Below are positions 49,358-61,479 of a stretch of DNA of 64,000 nt, one piece after another. A program made the translations under genes and the position numbers. The notes under the pieces were generated by a model. That model ran no database searches, had not been told where the DNA came from, and saw only the letters and a program-made list of their open reading frames with translations. The DNA comes from Mustelus asterias (taxonomy: Eukaryota): assembly GCF_964213995.1 (NCBI RefSeq), contig NC_135809.1:54002001-54066000 (forward strand), read 5' to 3'. Position 1 is the first letter of the stretch. Each line of letters begins with the position of its first letter.

Positions 49358-50383
49358 CTCCATCTAAACCTGACCACAACAAAACTAATCAGTACTTCAA
49401 GATCCCCTCACTAGCAGTAATATTGCACTTGGGCGGTACTCATTATCATTTATTACTCATTATCATTTTTAAGGTGAATATTGGGATTACATCCCAAGAT
49501 ATTGATTTGATAAGAGCACGATATCAGTTTGATAAGAGCACAATATCAGCTGCAAGCATCATAATTCATTTCTCCATCCTTTTAGTGCCATCCAGAATAT
49601 CATTAATTAAGACACGAACAATGCTGATAATGATCAGCCTGCCTCAAAGAGTGATTAGTCCAATGTGTCTTTTGTCCACCCTCTCTCAATCCTGAATCTA
49701 GATATACATCCTGGGTAAACTCCAAGATTTGGTCACATCCTTCCACAGCTTCACGTATTTTCATGAGGATTTCTTGAGACTCAGGATTAAAAATCATTGA
49801 ATATAACAGTTGTGACAATTGATGGCACTGCTACTGATGCACTTGGAGTCCTGTGTTGGGCCATTATAAATTAGTGGAAGTTCTTGCTGTTTGTGGGAAC
49901 GGTATGGTAGGTCTTAATATTTAACATTGAACTCTCCCTCTGTCTCTCTCTCTCTTTCTGTGTGGAAGCCATATGGTGTAGTTAAGAGCATGTGAGCAGG
50001 TCAATAGGTTTGTCTTCAGTTCGGCAGCATTAGTTTTGTAGGTTATGAGCTGAGGACAGTGGCTTTTAAACAAATGTTAATTCAACACTTGCGGCCACAC
50101 AATTTTAAATCTAAAGAAGCAAACATTTCATTCTGCCATTAGACTGCCAGTTTCCTTTCCTTGCATTAATTTTTCTCCCTGCTGTCTTCATCCATTTAAT
50201 AAAAGACTGAACGCATTATTCCAAAAAAACAATCTGACTGTGTACTTGTGTATCTTTTGATATTGGATTTGACAGTTCTATGATTCTACTAAAAGCAAAT
50301 TTTATATATGTTGTAACTGTAGTTATAATGTACCTGCCTCACAAGTACGTTAGCAAACCATTTACACTGATGAATGAGCTACA

Positions 50384-50717
50384 TCATAGAAACCCTACAG
50401 TGCAGAAGGAGGCCACTCGGCCCATCGAGTCTGCACCGACCACAATCCCACCCAGGCCCTACCCCCACATATTTACCCGCTAATCCCTCCAACCTACGCA
50501 TCCCAGGACTCCAAGGGGGCAATTTCTAACCTGGCCAATCAACCTAACCCGCACATCTTTGGACTGTGGGAGGAAACCGGAGCACCCGGAGGAAACCCAC
50601 GCAGACACGAGGAGAATGTGCAAACTCCACACAGACAGTGACCCGAGCCGGGAATCGAACCCAGGACCCTGGAGCTGTGAAGCAGCAGTGCTAACCACTG
50701 TGCTACCGTGCCGCCCA
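50384..50717 (-). mobile_element. HE1-type SINE, full length, young
   Basis: Complete head, body and tail; CpGs retained. Confidence 0.92.
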
Positions 50718-50804
50718 TCATGTGCTCCTTTCAATTAAAATTCTTAATTTAGGCTTCCGATAGCAGATGTGGAATTTTAAAGCAAACATAAGCTCAATAT
50801 TTAT

Positions 50805-51790
50805 GGAAACATAGAAAAATAGGAGCAGAATTAGGCCATTCAGCCCTTTGAGCCTGTTCTGTCATTCATTATGATAATGGCTGATCATCCAGCACAGTAA
50901 CCCTGTTCCGCTTTTCCACCTATACTTTGATCCTTTTAGCCCCAAGAGCTCTATCTAACTCCTTCTTGAAAACATAGAAGAAATGCTTTCTATGGTGGCA
51001 AATTTCACAGACTCACCAATCTCTGGGTGAGGAAATTTCTCCTTATCTCAGTCCTAAATCATTTACCCCGTATCCTAGTTCTGAACTCCCCCACCATTGG
51101 GAGCATCCTTCTTGCATCTACCATGTCTAGTCCTGTTAGAATTTTATAGGTATCTTTGAGATTCCTCCCTCATTATTCTAAATTCCAGCAAATATAATCC
51201 TAACAGATTCAATCTCTTCTCATACATCAGTCCCGCCATCCTGGGAATCAGTTTGGTAAACCTTCACTGCATTCCCTCTATAGCAAGAACATCCTTCCTC
51301 AGATAAGTAAACCAAAACTGGTCTCATCAAGGTGCTATATAATTGCAGCAAGACCATCTCTGCTCCTGTACTTGAATCCTCGCGCTATGAAGGCTAACAT
51401 ACTATTTGCCGCCTTTACTACCTGCTGCACCTGCATGCTCACTTTAAACGACTGGTGTACAAGAACACCCAGATCTCATTGCACATTCCCCTCTATCAAT
51501 CCATAGCCCTTCAGATAATCTGCCTTGGTTTTTGTGACCAAAATGGATAACCGCACATTTATTCACATTATACTGCACCTGCCCACTCACTCAGCTTTTG
51601 TCCAAATCACACTGAAGCACCTTTGCATCCGCCTCACAGCTCACCCTCCCTAGCTTTGTGTAAACTGCAAATTTGGAGATATTACATTTAGTTCCCTCAT
51701 CTAAATCATTAATATATATTATGAATAGCCGGAGTCCCAGTACTAATTCCTGCGGTACCCCATTAGTCACTGTCTGCCATTTTTAAAAAA
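50805..51790 (-). mobile_element. CR1 LINE 3' part (same family as 14600-16768)
   Basis: Collinear with 14600-14770 plus 15710-16560, without the MITE. Confidence 0.85.
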
Positions 51791-51864
51791 GGGAGGTAGA
51801 GAGAAAACAAGGAATTAGAAACCAGTCAGCCTGATGCTGGTATTGGGGAAAATGCTAGAGTCCA

Positions 51865-53530
51865 TTATTTATTGGCCATCTCTAATTGTGCTTGAGAAGG
51901 TAGTGGTGAGCTGCCTTCTTGAACAGTTGCCGTCCCAAGTTGTGAAGGTATGCGCACATTATTTGGGAGGGAGTTCCAGGATCTTTACCCAGCAACAGTG
52001 AACAAATGGTGTGAGATAGTTCCAAGTCAGGATTGTATGTGGTTTTAAGGGGAACTTGCAGGTGATGGCACTCCCATGCACCTGCTGCTTTTGTCCTTTA
52101 AAATAGTGGAGGTTGTGGATTTGGAAGGTGCTATCGAAGGAGTTTTGGTGAGTTTCTGTAGTGCATCTTGTAAATGGTACACACTGCTGCCATTATGTAT
52201 TGGTGGTAGAGGAAGTGAATGTTGAAGATGGTGGATGAGTTGCCTATCAAGTGGGCTGCTTGCCTGGATGGAGACTAACTTATGTATTGTTGGAGCTGCA
52301 TTCATCCAGGCAAGGGGCAAGTATTCCATTACATTTCTGATTTGTACTTTGTAGGTGGTGGACAGCTTTGGGGAGTTAGGAGGTAAGTTACTCTCCATAG
52401 AATTCTCAGCCTCTGACCTGCACTTGTAGTCACAATATTTTTATAGCTAGTGTAGTTCAGTTTCTGGTCAATGGAAACATCCAGGATGTTGATGGGAGAG
52501 GATTCAGTGATGGTAATACCATTGAACATCAAGAGAGATGATTAGATTCTCTCTTGTTGGTGATGGCCATTGCCTGGCACTTGTATGATGCAAATGCTAC
52601 TTGTCACTTATTTGCTCAGGCCTGAATGTTGTCCAGGTCTTGCTGCATAAGAGCATGGACTTCTTCAGTCTCTGAGGAGTTGAAAACGGTGTTGAATATT
52701 GTACAATCATTTTCGAACATCCCCACTTCTGAAGGAAGGTCATCGATGAAGCCGCTGAAAATGGTCAGGCCTAGGACTCTACCCTGAGGGACTCCTGCAG
52801 TGCTGTCCTGGAATTGAGATGTTTGACTTCCAACCACCACAACTATCTTCTTTTTGTACCAGGTATGACTCCAATCTGTGAAGGGTTTCCCCCCTTATTC
52901 CCATTGTTTCCAGTTTTGCTAGGGCCCTTGATTCCATACGTGGTCAGATGCTGCCTTGATGTCAAGGGCAGTCACTCTCACCTCACCTCTGGAGTTCAGC
53001 TCTTCTGTCCATGTTTGAATCAAGGTTGTAATGAGTTCAGGAGCTGAGTGACCCTGTTGGAACCCAAACTGAGCTTCAGTGAGCAGGTTATTGCTGAGTA
53101 AGTGCTGCTTGATTGCACTGTCGACAACACTTTCCTTCACTTTGATGATCAAGACTAGACTGAAGGGGCAGTAATTGTGTAGATTGGATTTGTCCTGTTT
53201 CTTGTGGACAGGACATAGCTGAGCAGTTTTCCACATTGCCAGGTAAATGCCAGTGTTGTAGCTGTCGTGGAACAGCTTGGCTAAGAAGCAACTAGTTATG
53301 GAGCACAAGATTTCAGTATTATTGCTGAAATGTTGTCAGGGCCCATAACCTTTGTAGTATCCAGTACCTTCAGCCATTTCTTAATATCACCTGGAGTGAA
53401 TTAAATTGGCTGAAGACTGGCATTTGTGTTGCTGAGGACCTTGGGAGGAGGCTGCGATGGATCATCCACTTGCCACGTCTGCCTGAAGATTGTTGCAAAT
53501 GCTTCAGAACTGTCTTTTGATCTGATGTGC
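51865..53530 (-). mobile_element. CR1/L2-group LINE (second family), RT to 3' end
   Basis: QFGFQQGHSAPELIT..VTALDIKAASDHVW; AGVPQGRVLGLTIFSGFIDDLPS. Confidence 0.8.
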
Positions 53531-54075
53531 TGAACTTTCAATGAGTTTGAAGGACAGACTACATGAGCTTGTGCTTCCTTGAATATTGGAGATTGAGAAG
53601 TATCCTATTCAAGATGTTTAAAATGTTAAAATGACTTGGTAGGATAGATACAGAGAAACTATTTCTTTTGGTAGGAAAATCAGGAACTTGGCTTAATCTT
53701 AAATTTAGGAATGGAATCAGGAAGCACTTTTTCGCACAGAGGGTAGTGAAAATCTGGAGCTTTCCTTCTGCAAGTCTATAGATGTTGGGACAATTGAAGT
53801 TTTCAAGCCTGAGAACAATAGATTTTTTTTCATAAAGGGACGTGGAACAAAAGAAGGAAAATGGATTTCAGGTGAAAATCAATCATGATCTAATTGAATA
53901 GTAGAGTCAGCCCAAGGATTGAATGGCCTACTTTTACTGAATGACATCAAGGGGTATGGAGCAAAAGGGGGAAATGGCGTTGAGATCAAGGATCAGCGAT
54001 GATCATATTGAATGGTGGAGCAGCCTCAAAGGGCCAAATGGCCGTCTCCTGCTCCTAGTTTCTATGTTTCTACTT
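53530..54075 (+). mobile_element. Old CR1 3' end fragments
   Basis: CR1 3' UTR motifs ending tcctgctcctagtttctatgtttcta. Confidence 0.65.
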
Positions 54076-54106
54076 TTGTTCCTGTGTTGCCATATGACTA
54101 AAATAA

Positions 54107-55946
54107 GGACAATTCTGTTCCATGGGCACTGGAGGCTGAATTTCATGGACAGTGCCAAAATTCATTTTACATCCAAGATGTAAATAAGATTCAGATCAAT
54201 CAAGTTCTATTTAATAATCTGTTCAATTTAACATGCAACAATTCCGACATCTAAGTTAACATATTGGGGAGAAATTCCTTTATTTGTATCTTGTTGCCAC
54301 AGTATTGGCCCCTGCTCAATTCAATTTGACTGTAATATGACTAATGATTTGCCCAAATACCAGTCAGTGAACTTGAAAATAATGTATTGAATGTGAGCTG
54401 CTTTGGGAATGTTTCAGGAAGTTGTCATGAGGTGTCATGTAAATACAGGTCTTTCTTTCTTCCCACATTATTAATATAGAAACAGCTGTTTCTACCGATC
54501 TACAAACACCACTCATCACTCCTTACAGACTATGGAGCGCGGGTATGGAATTCTGAGCTTAATTTCTCTATAGCTCCAGAGAGTGCTTTTGGATTATTGG
54601 CAGCATCCCTGTCTCAGAATGAAAGGTACAGGTTTCCAAACCTGCTGCAAGCAGTTGTAGTAAGTGGGGACCTCTGAATTCTGGGGTGACATCTTGCAGG
54701 ATACTCCACATCCAGTCACTCCAACCACATTGTCAAATGGTTTGCTGAAGCCTGTAAAACCTTCCCATTGTATCAGACTAACCATCCTGAGAAGGGGTAT
54801 CCACATCATGGTGTCAGACTGTTAATCAACCTGTGAACCTTTCTATTACTTCATATCATTATCCAAGGGAAGAGTGTGAAGATACAAACACAACCAAAAC
54901 AGGAATGCTGTTTTCATTAGAATGATTGACATTGCATAAAGCATTTAGAGTTGGATTATGTCCAAGGTCACTACAAGGTCACTCCCGTGTCAATGGTACA
55001 ATAATCTGTAATGTAATTTACTTAAAGTTCAGTAAGTGATCAGCACTGAGGTGAGTGGCTAATGTTTATAGCAGGACAACCAGATTTTATGCACTGTTCA
55101 TTTTCTAATGGAGTTTAGAGTCTGATGAGATGATTCTTTATCAACTTACCTGTATTGGATTCAATTATATATTCTGCACCTTCAATACAGCATTGTATAA
55201 GACATTTATATTTTCACAACAAAGTGCAATTCAATAGATAAAGTGTATTTCTTTCATCCAAAGCACTCACTTCTTCCTTCCTGAAGGTACAGAATCTCAT
55301 TAGCAAGCTATTGAGAAAGCCTTGCTCAACCTTAAATTCCTCACTCAAGTGGATGCCTGAAGATCATGGACAGAATCACAGTCAAGTACCAATTATATAC
55401 ATGTGTACTTTGAGAGGAATCATGTTAGGAGCAGGAACCCAGAAATACCTTATCTTTACAAAGATTGGGGTCAATGAGTTTGCTCTTCACTACCTATATA
55501 CTGCCATGCAGTGCAATGCACAAGAGCAGAAGAGGGATCTCCTGCCTGCCTGACATCTCTCAGCAATAGGAGTGCCACATTTACTTCACCTTGCTGTTGA
55601 TGGAAAAGCTGTCACATGGAAAAAGCCATTGAAATAAATATCTGCCATTTTCTGTTTCAGTATCTGTACAATCTTCAAAATTTAGAGGGGTAACAATCTA
55701 AATTATTAGTCATATTGCAGTCAAATTGAATTGAGCAGGGGCCAATACTGTGGCAACAAGATACAAATAAAGGAATTTCTCCCCAATATATTAACTTAGA
55801 TGTCGGAATTGTTGCATGTTAAATTCAACAGATTATTATCAAATAGAACTTGATTGATCTGAATCTTATTTACATCTTGGATGTAAAATGAATTTTGGCA
55901 ATGTCCATGAAATTCAGCCTCCAGTGCCCTTGGAACAGAATTATCC
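54107..55946. repeat. Inverted repeat pair of about 245 bp (54107-54350 / 55700-55946)
   Basis: Direct reverse-complement match with few mismatches. Confidence 0.95.
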
Positions 55947-56697
55947 AAATACCAGTATTGCATGCAGCTGAGTTTCAAAAAGAGCACTGAGATGAATCAC
56001 CAGTTAATCTGTTTGTGGTGTGGTGTTGGTTGAAAGAAGAATGTTGGGGTGGATATTGGGGGAAATATTCAATCCCTGCCTTCTGATTGCACACTATAAA
56101 AATGTGTTTATTTAACTATAGATGCTGAAAGCTATCTCGGGATTCAAAAAATGAAAACTACAACTTACTATTTTAATCTAAGCTGATTTTTTTTTTTACA
56201 AGACGTACACTCTCCGATGTCTCAAATTCACCTCTGCACATTTTGGATGAAATACTTCTCATGGCTTCCCTCATGCATTTGGTTGAAAATTGTTACATTT
56301 TTGTCCTTGGCTTCTGCATTATAAATTGTGAGCACGACTGACATCGGAGAATAATAGTTTTAAGATTGCCAAGATTTAGATCATGAGATCAGGATATTGA
56401 ACATAAATCCTTTTTGCTAACTTGTTTTAGGTGCTTGATCTACCCTCTGCTGCCACACAAAAAGCAGCTAAGTCTCAACATCAGACTATTTTAGACATAA
56501 TTATTTGGTGGTAATTATACTCCATTAATCCTTTAATAGTCATAGCCTATCCAAACCTATTATTTTGCAGTTGACCTTTATGTATGAAGTACCCTTTTCT
56601 TGTAGTCTTGCTAATTGCAAGTGATAAACTAATACATTCTATCCCTCTGAAAGTTCTAACCAATTTGGCCTAAGTCATAGTTGAACAATTCAATCTA

Positions 56698-57040
56698 GGG
56701 CAACACAGTGGTTAGCACAGCTGCCTCACAGCGCCAGGCACCCAGGTTTGATTCCGGCCTTGGATGACTGTGTGGAATTTGCACATTCTACTGTGTCCAT
56801 GTGGGTTTCCTCAGGGTGCTCTGGATTCCCCTCTCAGTCCAAAGATGTGCAGATTAGGTGGATTGGCCATGCTAAAGTGCCCCTTAGTGTCCAAAGATGT
56901 GTAGGTTAGGTGGATTAATCATGGCAAATGTCCTGAGTTACGGGGCTAAGGCAGGGGGGTGGGCCTGAGTAAGATACTATTTCGGAGAGTTGGTGCAGAC
57001 TCGATGGGCCAAATGGCCTCATTCTGCACTGTGGGGATAT
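56698..57040 (+). mobile_element. HE1-type SINE
   Basis: Matches other copies. Confidence 0.88.
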
Positions 57041-57094
57041 TTAAATGTGATTGAAAGAGTTACTGAAACTTGAGTTTGGATAATTTAAAAGGAA

Positions 57095-57838
57095 TTATCG
57101 TAGGCAGTCCCTGGGGATTGAAGATGACTTGCTTCCACTACGTTTTGATGGGTTCTCAGCTGACTGATAAGTCCGATGCACAATTTGCACATTCTGTCAC
57201 GTGGGGCAGGTGGTGCTTAGAGTGTGAGGTAGTTGAGTTGTTTGGAGGTTTGTGCACACTCTCCAATGTCTCAAATTCACCTCTGCGCATTTTGGATGAA
57301 ATACTTTGATGTGTTTGGTTCATTATCAAATGAACCTTCTCCATTTTGATCGATCACCAACCAGTGTCTCTCACGAGTCGGCGGGGGTGTTTGATCTCTT
57401 CAGGAATTCTTTGAGAACACTCAAAGCATTCTTGCTGCCCCTCTGAGAGTTGCCTGCTTTACCAAATTCTGAGTAAAGCAGTTGCTTCCAGGGTCTAGTG
57501 TCAGGCGTACGATAACATGTCCTGCCCAGTGGAGCTGATTTTGAGTGATCAGTGCCTCGATGGTGGACTTGTTGGCTTGGGAGAGGACCGTCTGACTGCC
57601 GCCTTGCCACCGAATTTGAAGGATCTTTCAAAGGCACTTCTGGTGGTATTTCCCTTTTGTTTTGAGGTGCTTGCTGTAGGTTCTCCAAGCCTCCGAAGCT
57701 GAAGAATATAGGAAGGTGAGGATCACTGCTGCCATAATATTAGTTTTGGATAAGAGATCCTGGTCCTCAAATACTCTTTCTCTCGGTATACTGAAAGCTA
57801 AACTGCTACACTGCAAGCGATCAAGGTCGTGCATATAA
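57095..57838 (-). mobile_element. RTE (BovB-like) LINE 3' fragment
   Basis: WAGHVIRTPDTRPWKQLLYSEF...VLKEFLKRSNTPADS resembles the RTE ORF C-terminus. Confidence 0.7.
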
Positions 57839-57873
57839 TTGAACAAAACACAATATTATGGGCTGCCTCACAG

Positions 57874-58128
57874 TAAGAGGTTTAACAACACCAGGTTAAA
57901 GTCCAACAGGTTTATTTGGTCGCAAAAGCCACACAAGCTTTCGGAGCTCCAAGCCCCTTCTTCAGGTGAGTGGGAATTCTGTTCACAAACAGGGCATATA
58001 AAGACACAGACTCAATTTACATGAATAATGGTTGGAATGCAAATACTTACAGCTAATCAAGTCTTTAAGATACAAACAACTTCTTACTGTGTTTACCCCA
58101 GTCCAACGCTGGCATCTCCACATCATGA
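57874..58128 (-). mobile_element. Penelope pLTR-only insertion with inverted terminal piece
   Basis: Matches 36482-36685; inverted segment from 58078; TSD ctgcctcacag (57863-73, 58129-39). Confidence 0.88.
57932..57968 (-). ncRNA. Minimal type I hammerhead ribozyme (second copy)
   Basis: Reverse complement: cac-CTGAAGA-a-ggggc-ttgga-gctcc-GAAA-gctt-gtg. Confidence 0.78.
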
Positions 58129-58402
58129 CTGCCTCACAGTGCCAGGGACCTGGGTTCGATTCCCAGTTTGGGTCACTGACTGTGTGGAGTTTGCACGTTC
58201 TCCTCGTGTCTGTGTGATTTTCCTCCGGGTGCTCCGGTTTCCTCCTACAGTCCGAAAGACATGCTGGTTAGGTGCATTGGTCATGCAAAATTCTCCCTCA
58301 GTGTACCCAAACAGGCGCTGGAGTGTGGCGACTAGTAGATTTTCACAGTAACTTCATTGCAGTGTTAATATAAGCCTACTTGTGACACAAATAAATAAAC
58401 TT
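58128..58402 (+). mobile_element. HE1-related SINE, tail type B
   Basis: HE1 body plus B tail. Confidence 0.85.
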
Positions 58403-58638
58403 TAAAAAATGTTTGAATATGTTCTTCCTTTGAGACTGCAAATCTGTGGGCGTAACAATTGTATTGAGTTAGGCTAGAGACCACAGCTGGTTTTTAAACA
58501 TCTTGGGTGTGATTTTCAACATCACCTGAGCTTATCATAGTGGAGCGCATCACCATTTTAGAACTGACCTACATTTGACCAGGTTCTTCTCTTCATCAGG
58601 ATAATAAAGATTAACAGCTACATAGAGGCTAGGTATCA

Positions 58639-60412
58639 AAACAAGCAAATATTGGAGGGGATTGGGGAAAGAGAAGCAAATCTACAATAATCCATTGTTT
58701 CTAAAAGCCAAATCATTGTTTTTGATTTTGTTCCGGTTGTCCTCCACTTAATTGCACACTCTGTTTTCTTGTTGAAATCCCTCTGCTGTTTCAAACATTA
58801 AAATTATACCAGTGATTGTTACTTTACATACCATATCTTTAAGTCAGCAGCAGTCGTATGTATGATTTATAAAGCCCAGTTGTTTTCTCCATATATCATT
58901 TACCCTGCCATGGACTCTGCATGATTTATTTTACTCCCTCAGAAGTCCTTTTAACCTTTCTTCAGTGTACACCACTCCAGTTTCAAGTCAGCAACTCAGC
59001 AGCCTTTCAGTATTGCCTTTACAACACTTTCTGCGCGAAGAGTTTCCTATGATTGAAATCCTTTCCTCCTCTCAGGCTGCTTCATTGACTCAGCTAACTT
59101 TGTTGTTTGAACTACCTCTTTCGTTTGAACTACCTCTTTCAGATCTGATTTCCTTACCAGTGCCTTTGCTTGTTCATTATGAATATCTGAGTAGTTTTGT
59201 AGGTTTTATTTTTCCTCGTACTTTTTCTCTTAAGACATCCAAAATTGTTTCTTACTGAATTTTCTTCACCTTTTGGCCAGGTTGTACCTACATCCGATCC
59301 CTGATGACTAGGTCCAGCGCTAGCACTCTGGTTCACTGAGCTTTGGTGACTTTGCAAAGCCTGGTCCTATCGTCAACAACAAGTAACAGGTGAGAAGGTT
59401 TCCTACTCACTTATCAGACAGGCAGAAGATGAGTTATAACAGTTTGTAGCCTATGGTGATGATCTCTTTTGTCTCTCAAACTGGCTGTGGTGTTAAGCCA
59501 AAGCTAGCATGGATCCACCTCCAGGATGAGCTGATTAGGGTGTTAGGCTGAAGCTAGCATGAACTCACCTCAGCAAGCCCTTCTTCTTCTGCCTGCATGC
59601 TCATTTATATCGCTTATTCTAGAGGCCGGTGAATATCTCACATCAATTAATTACTTTTACTCATTTAATTGTTCAAAGACCAGAGAATAGATATCCAAGG
59701 TAAAGACTCCCTAACCTGGGCTCCAGCCCCAAGAGCATTCCAAATCATATTTCTTGTATAGACATCTTTTTGCCTTTTCCCAGACAGTTTGCTTGGAAAT
59801 GTGAATCATGAGTCTTTCCCAACCTCTTATCAAGCCTAGTCACACTTAGTCTGTTACGTCCTTGGCCATGTAACCAGCCCCTGTGAAAATCTTTATCTAA
59901 CAAGATTTACGCTGTTCTGTGTCTGCCAGACAGACTGCTGAAGAATTTCCCTTTGCTGGAGAAATACGCTTCTGATGGTTCTTTAAGATCATTATTTCTC
60001 ACAATCCATAGTTTGAGATTTCTCACAGTGCACTTCAGCCAGAATGTGGGGAGGAAATGGACTCATTAGTAGTGACTGAATTTCTGGTGGTGCTGAAAAC
60101 GATGGCTTTGGAGGTCCTGATGTTGAGCTAAATGAAGATGTAAGTTATTCGAGATGTCAGAGAGGTGATCAGATAGTCATGATAAATCTTGCTCTTTTCT
60201 ATCATCTGTCACGTGCGGATACATAGAAGCTGAACACCAAAACAAGCAGATATTGGAGGGGATTGCAGAAAGAGAAGCAAATCTACAATAATCCATTATT
60301 TCTGAAAGTCACGTAATTGTTTTTGATTTTGTTCAGGTTGTCCTTCATTAAATTGCTCACCATTTTCTTGTTGAAATCCCTCACCTGTTTCAAATACTGA
60401 ATTATCCCAGTC
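58639..60412. repeat. Diverged direct repeat of about 175 bp (58639-58813 / 60240-60412), possibly Gypsy gag remnants on the minus strand
   Basis: aacaagca.atattggaggggatt...gagaagcaaatctacaataatccatt...gttgaaatccctc present twice; broken Cys/His knuckle-like peptide on the minus strand near 60480-60550. Confidence 0.6.
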
Positions 60413-60779
60413 TTCTGTGAATTCTGGACCATCCTGTCTGATATGAAAATCTTTTCCTTTCACCTTTTTAAACAATAGAAAGGTGTTATTTTTTCTGCAT
60501 CTGCTGTAGCTGTCTTGTGTGTTTAAATGTCCCACAGCAAATAAAGCACTCAACTTCCACTCCTCCACAGACCTCATCTGCCATCCGAATTCATTTCCCC
60601 ATCTTTTTATAGGTACGCTACAGATCTGCTGAAGAAAACTTAACAGGTTCAAAAACTTGGCAAAACTCTTGAATGAAGTCTGAGAGCCAAGGTCTCTGAA
60701 ACCCAATGTACCAAATTTGGAATGTTGCATGTTCCTTCTCTATTTTGGTATCTTTACTGCCCTCTGAAATTTTACATAT

Positions 60780-61245
60780 CTGTGGTATGGAGAGCATTGA
60801 TAAGAGTAATGCAGTTGATGTTAAGTATGTGGACATTCAAAGGACATTTTACAGAGTACCACATAATAGAATTGTTAGCAAAATTAAGACTGTGGGATTA
60901 AATGGACCATGGCTTGGGCCAGAAATGATGTGGAGATGCCGGCATTGGACTGGGGTAAACACAGTAAGGAGTCTAACAACACCAGGTTGGACTTTAACCT
61001 GGTATTGTTAGACTCCTTATTGGGCCAGAAATCCAAAGAATAGCGACAAATGGTTGTTTTCAAATTTGCTGGGAAGTATACAGTGATGTTGCCCGGGGTT
61101 GGTATTGGGTTCACTGCTATTTTGATAAATATTAATGACCTTGAATTTGCAGGACATAGTTTCAAAGTTTGTTGATGATAGAAAAGTCAGAAATGCAGTA
61201 ACAATGAGAAAGATGGTAACAGTCTTCAGGAGGACATAGACATTA
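60780..61245 (+). mobile_element. Old CR1 RT fragment with a Penelope-derived mini insert at 60927-61019
   Basis: NAVDVKYVDIQRTFYRVPHNRIVSKIK; 13-bp TSD ttgggccagaaat around the insert. Confidence 0.75.
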
Positions 61246-61479
61246 CCTGGGCTTTAAGCTCTAGAATATTCTGTCTACACCCCTTTGCCTGTTTAACTTG
61301 CTTTCTTGCTTTAAGACATTCCTTAAAACCTACCTCTTTGCCCAAAGATTTGGGCATCTATTTAATATCTCTTTATGTGGCTCAGTGTCCTACTTTGTTT
61401 TATAATGCTCCTGTGATTTGCTGTGGAACGTTTTGTTCTGTTAAAAGTGAAATATAATTACAAGTTGCTGTTGTTGTGA

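Noticed and set aside
49436-49548. Short tandem duplications of 17 and 22 bp, considered as an array
   Set aside because: There are only two units each with no spacers, so these are ordinary slippage duplications. No CRISPR-like array was seen anywhere in the window.
22860-56510. Plus-strand candidate exons (donor at 22912, 29163-29247, about 54573-54626, 55661-55689, about 56431-56510)
   Set aside because: Splice-like signals exist, but the joined peptide is short and unrecognisable, which is compatible with chance in AT-rich DNA.
60296-60730. 144-aa minus-strand ORF as a host gene
   Set aside because: It overlaps a duplicated, frame-broken segment with gag-like remnants and has no convincing exon structure.
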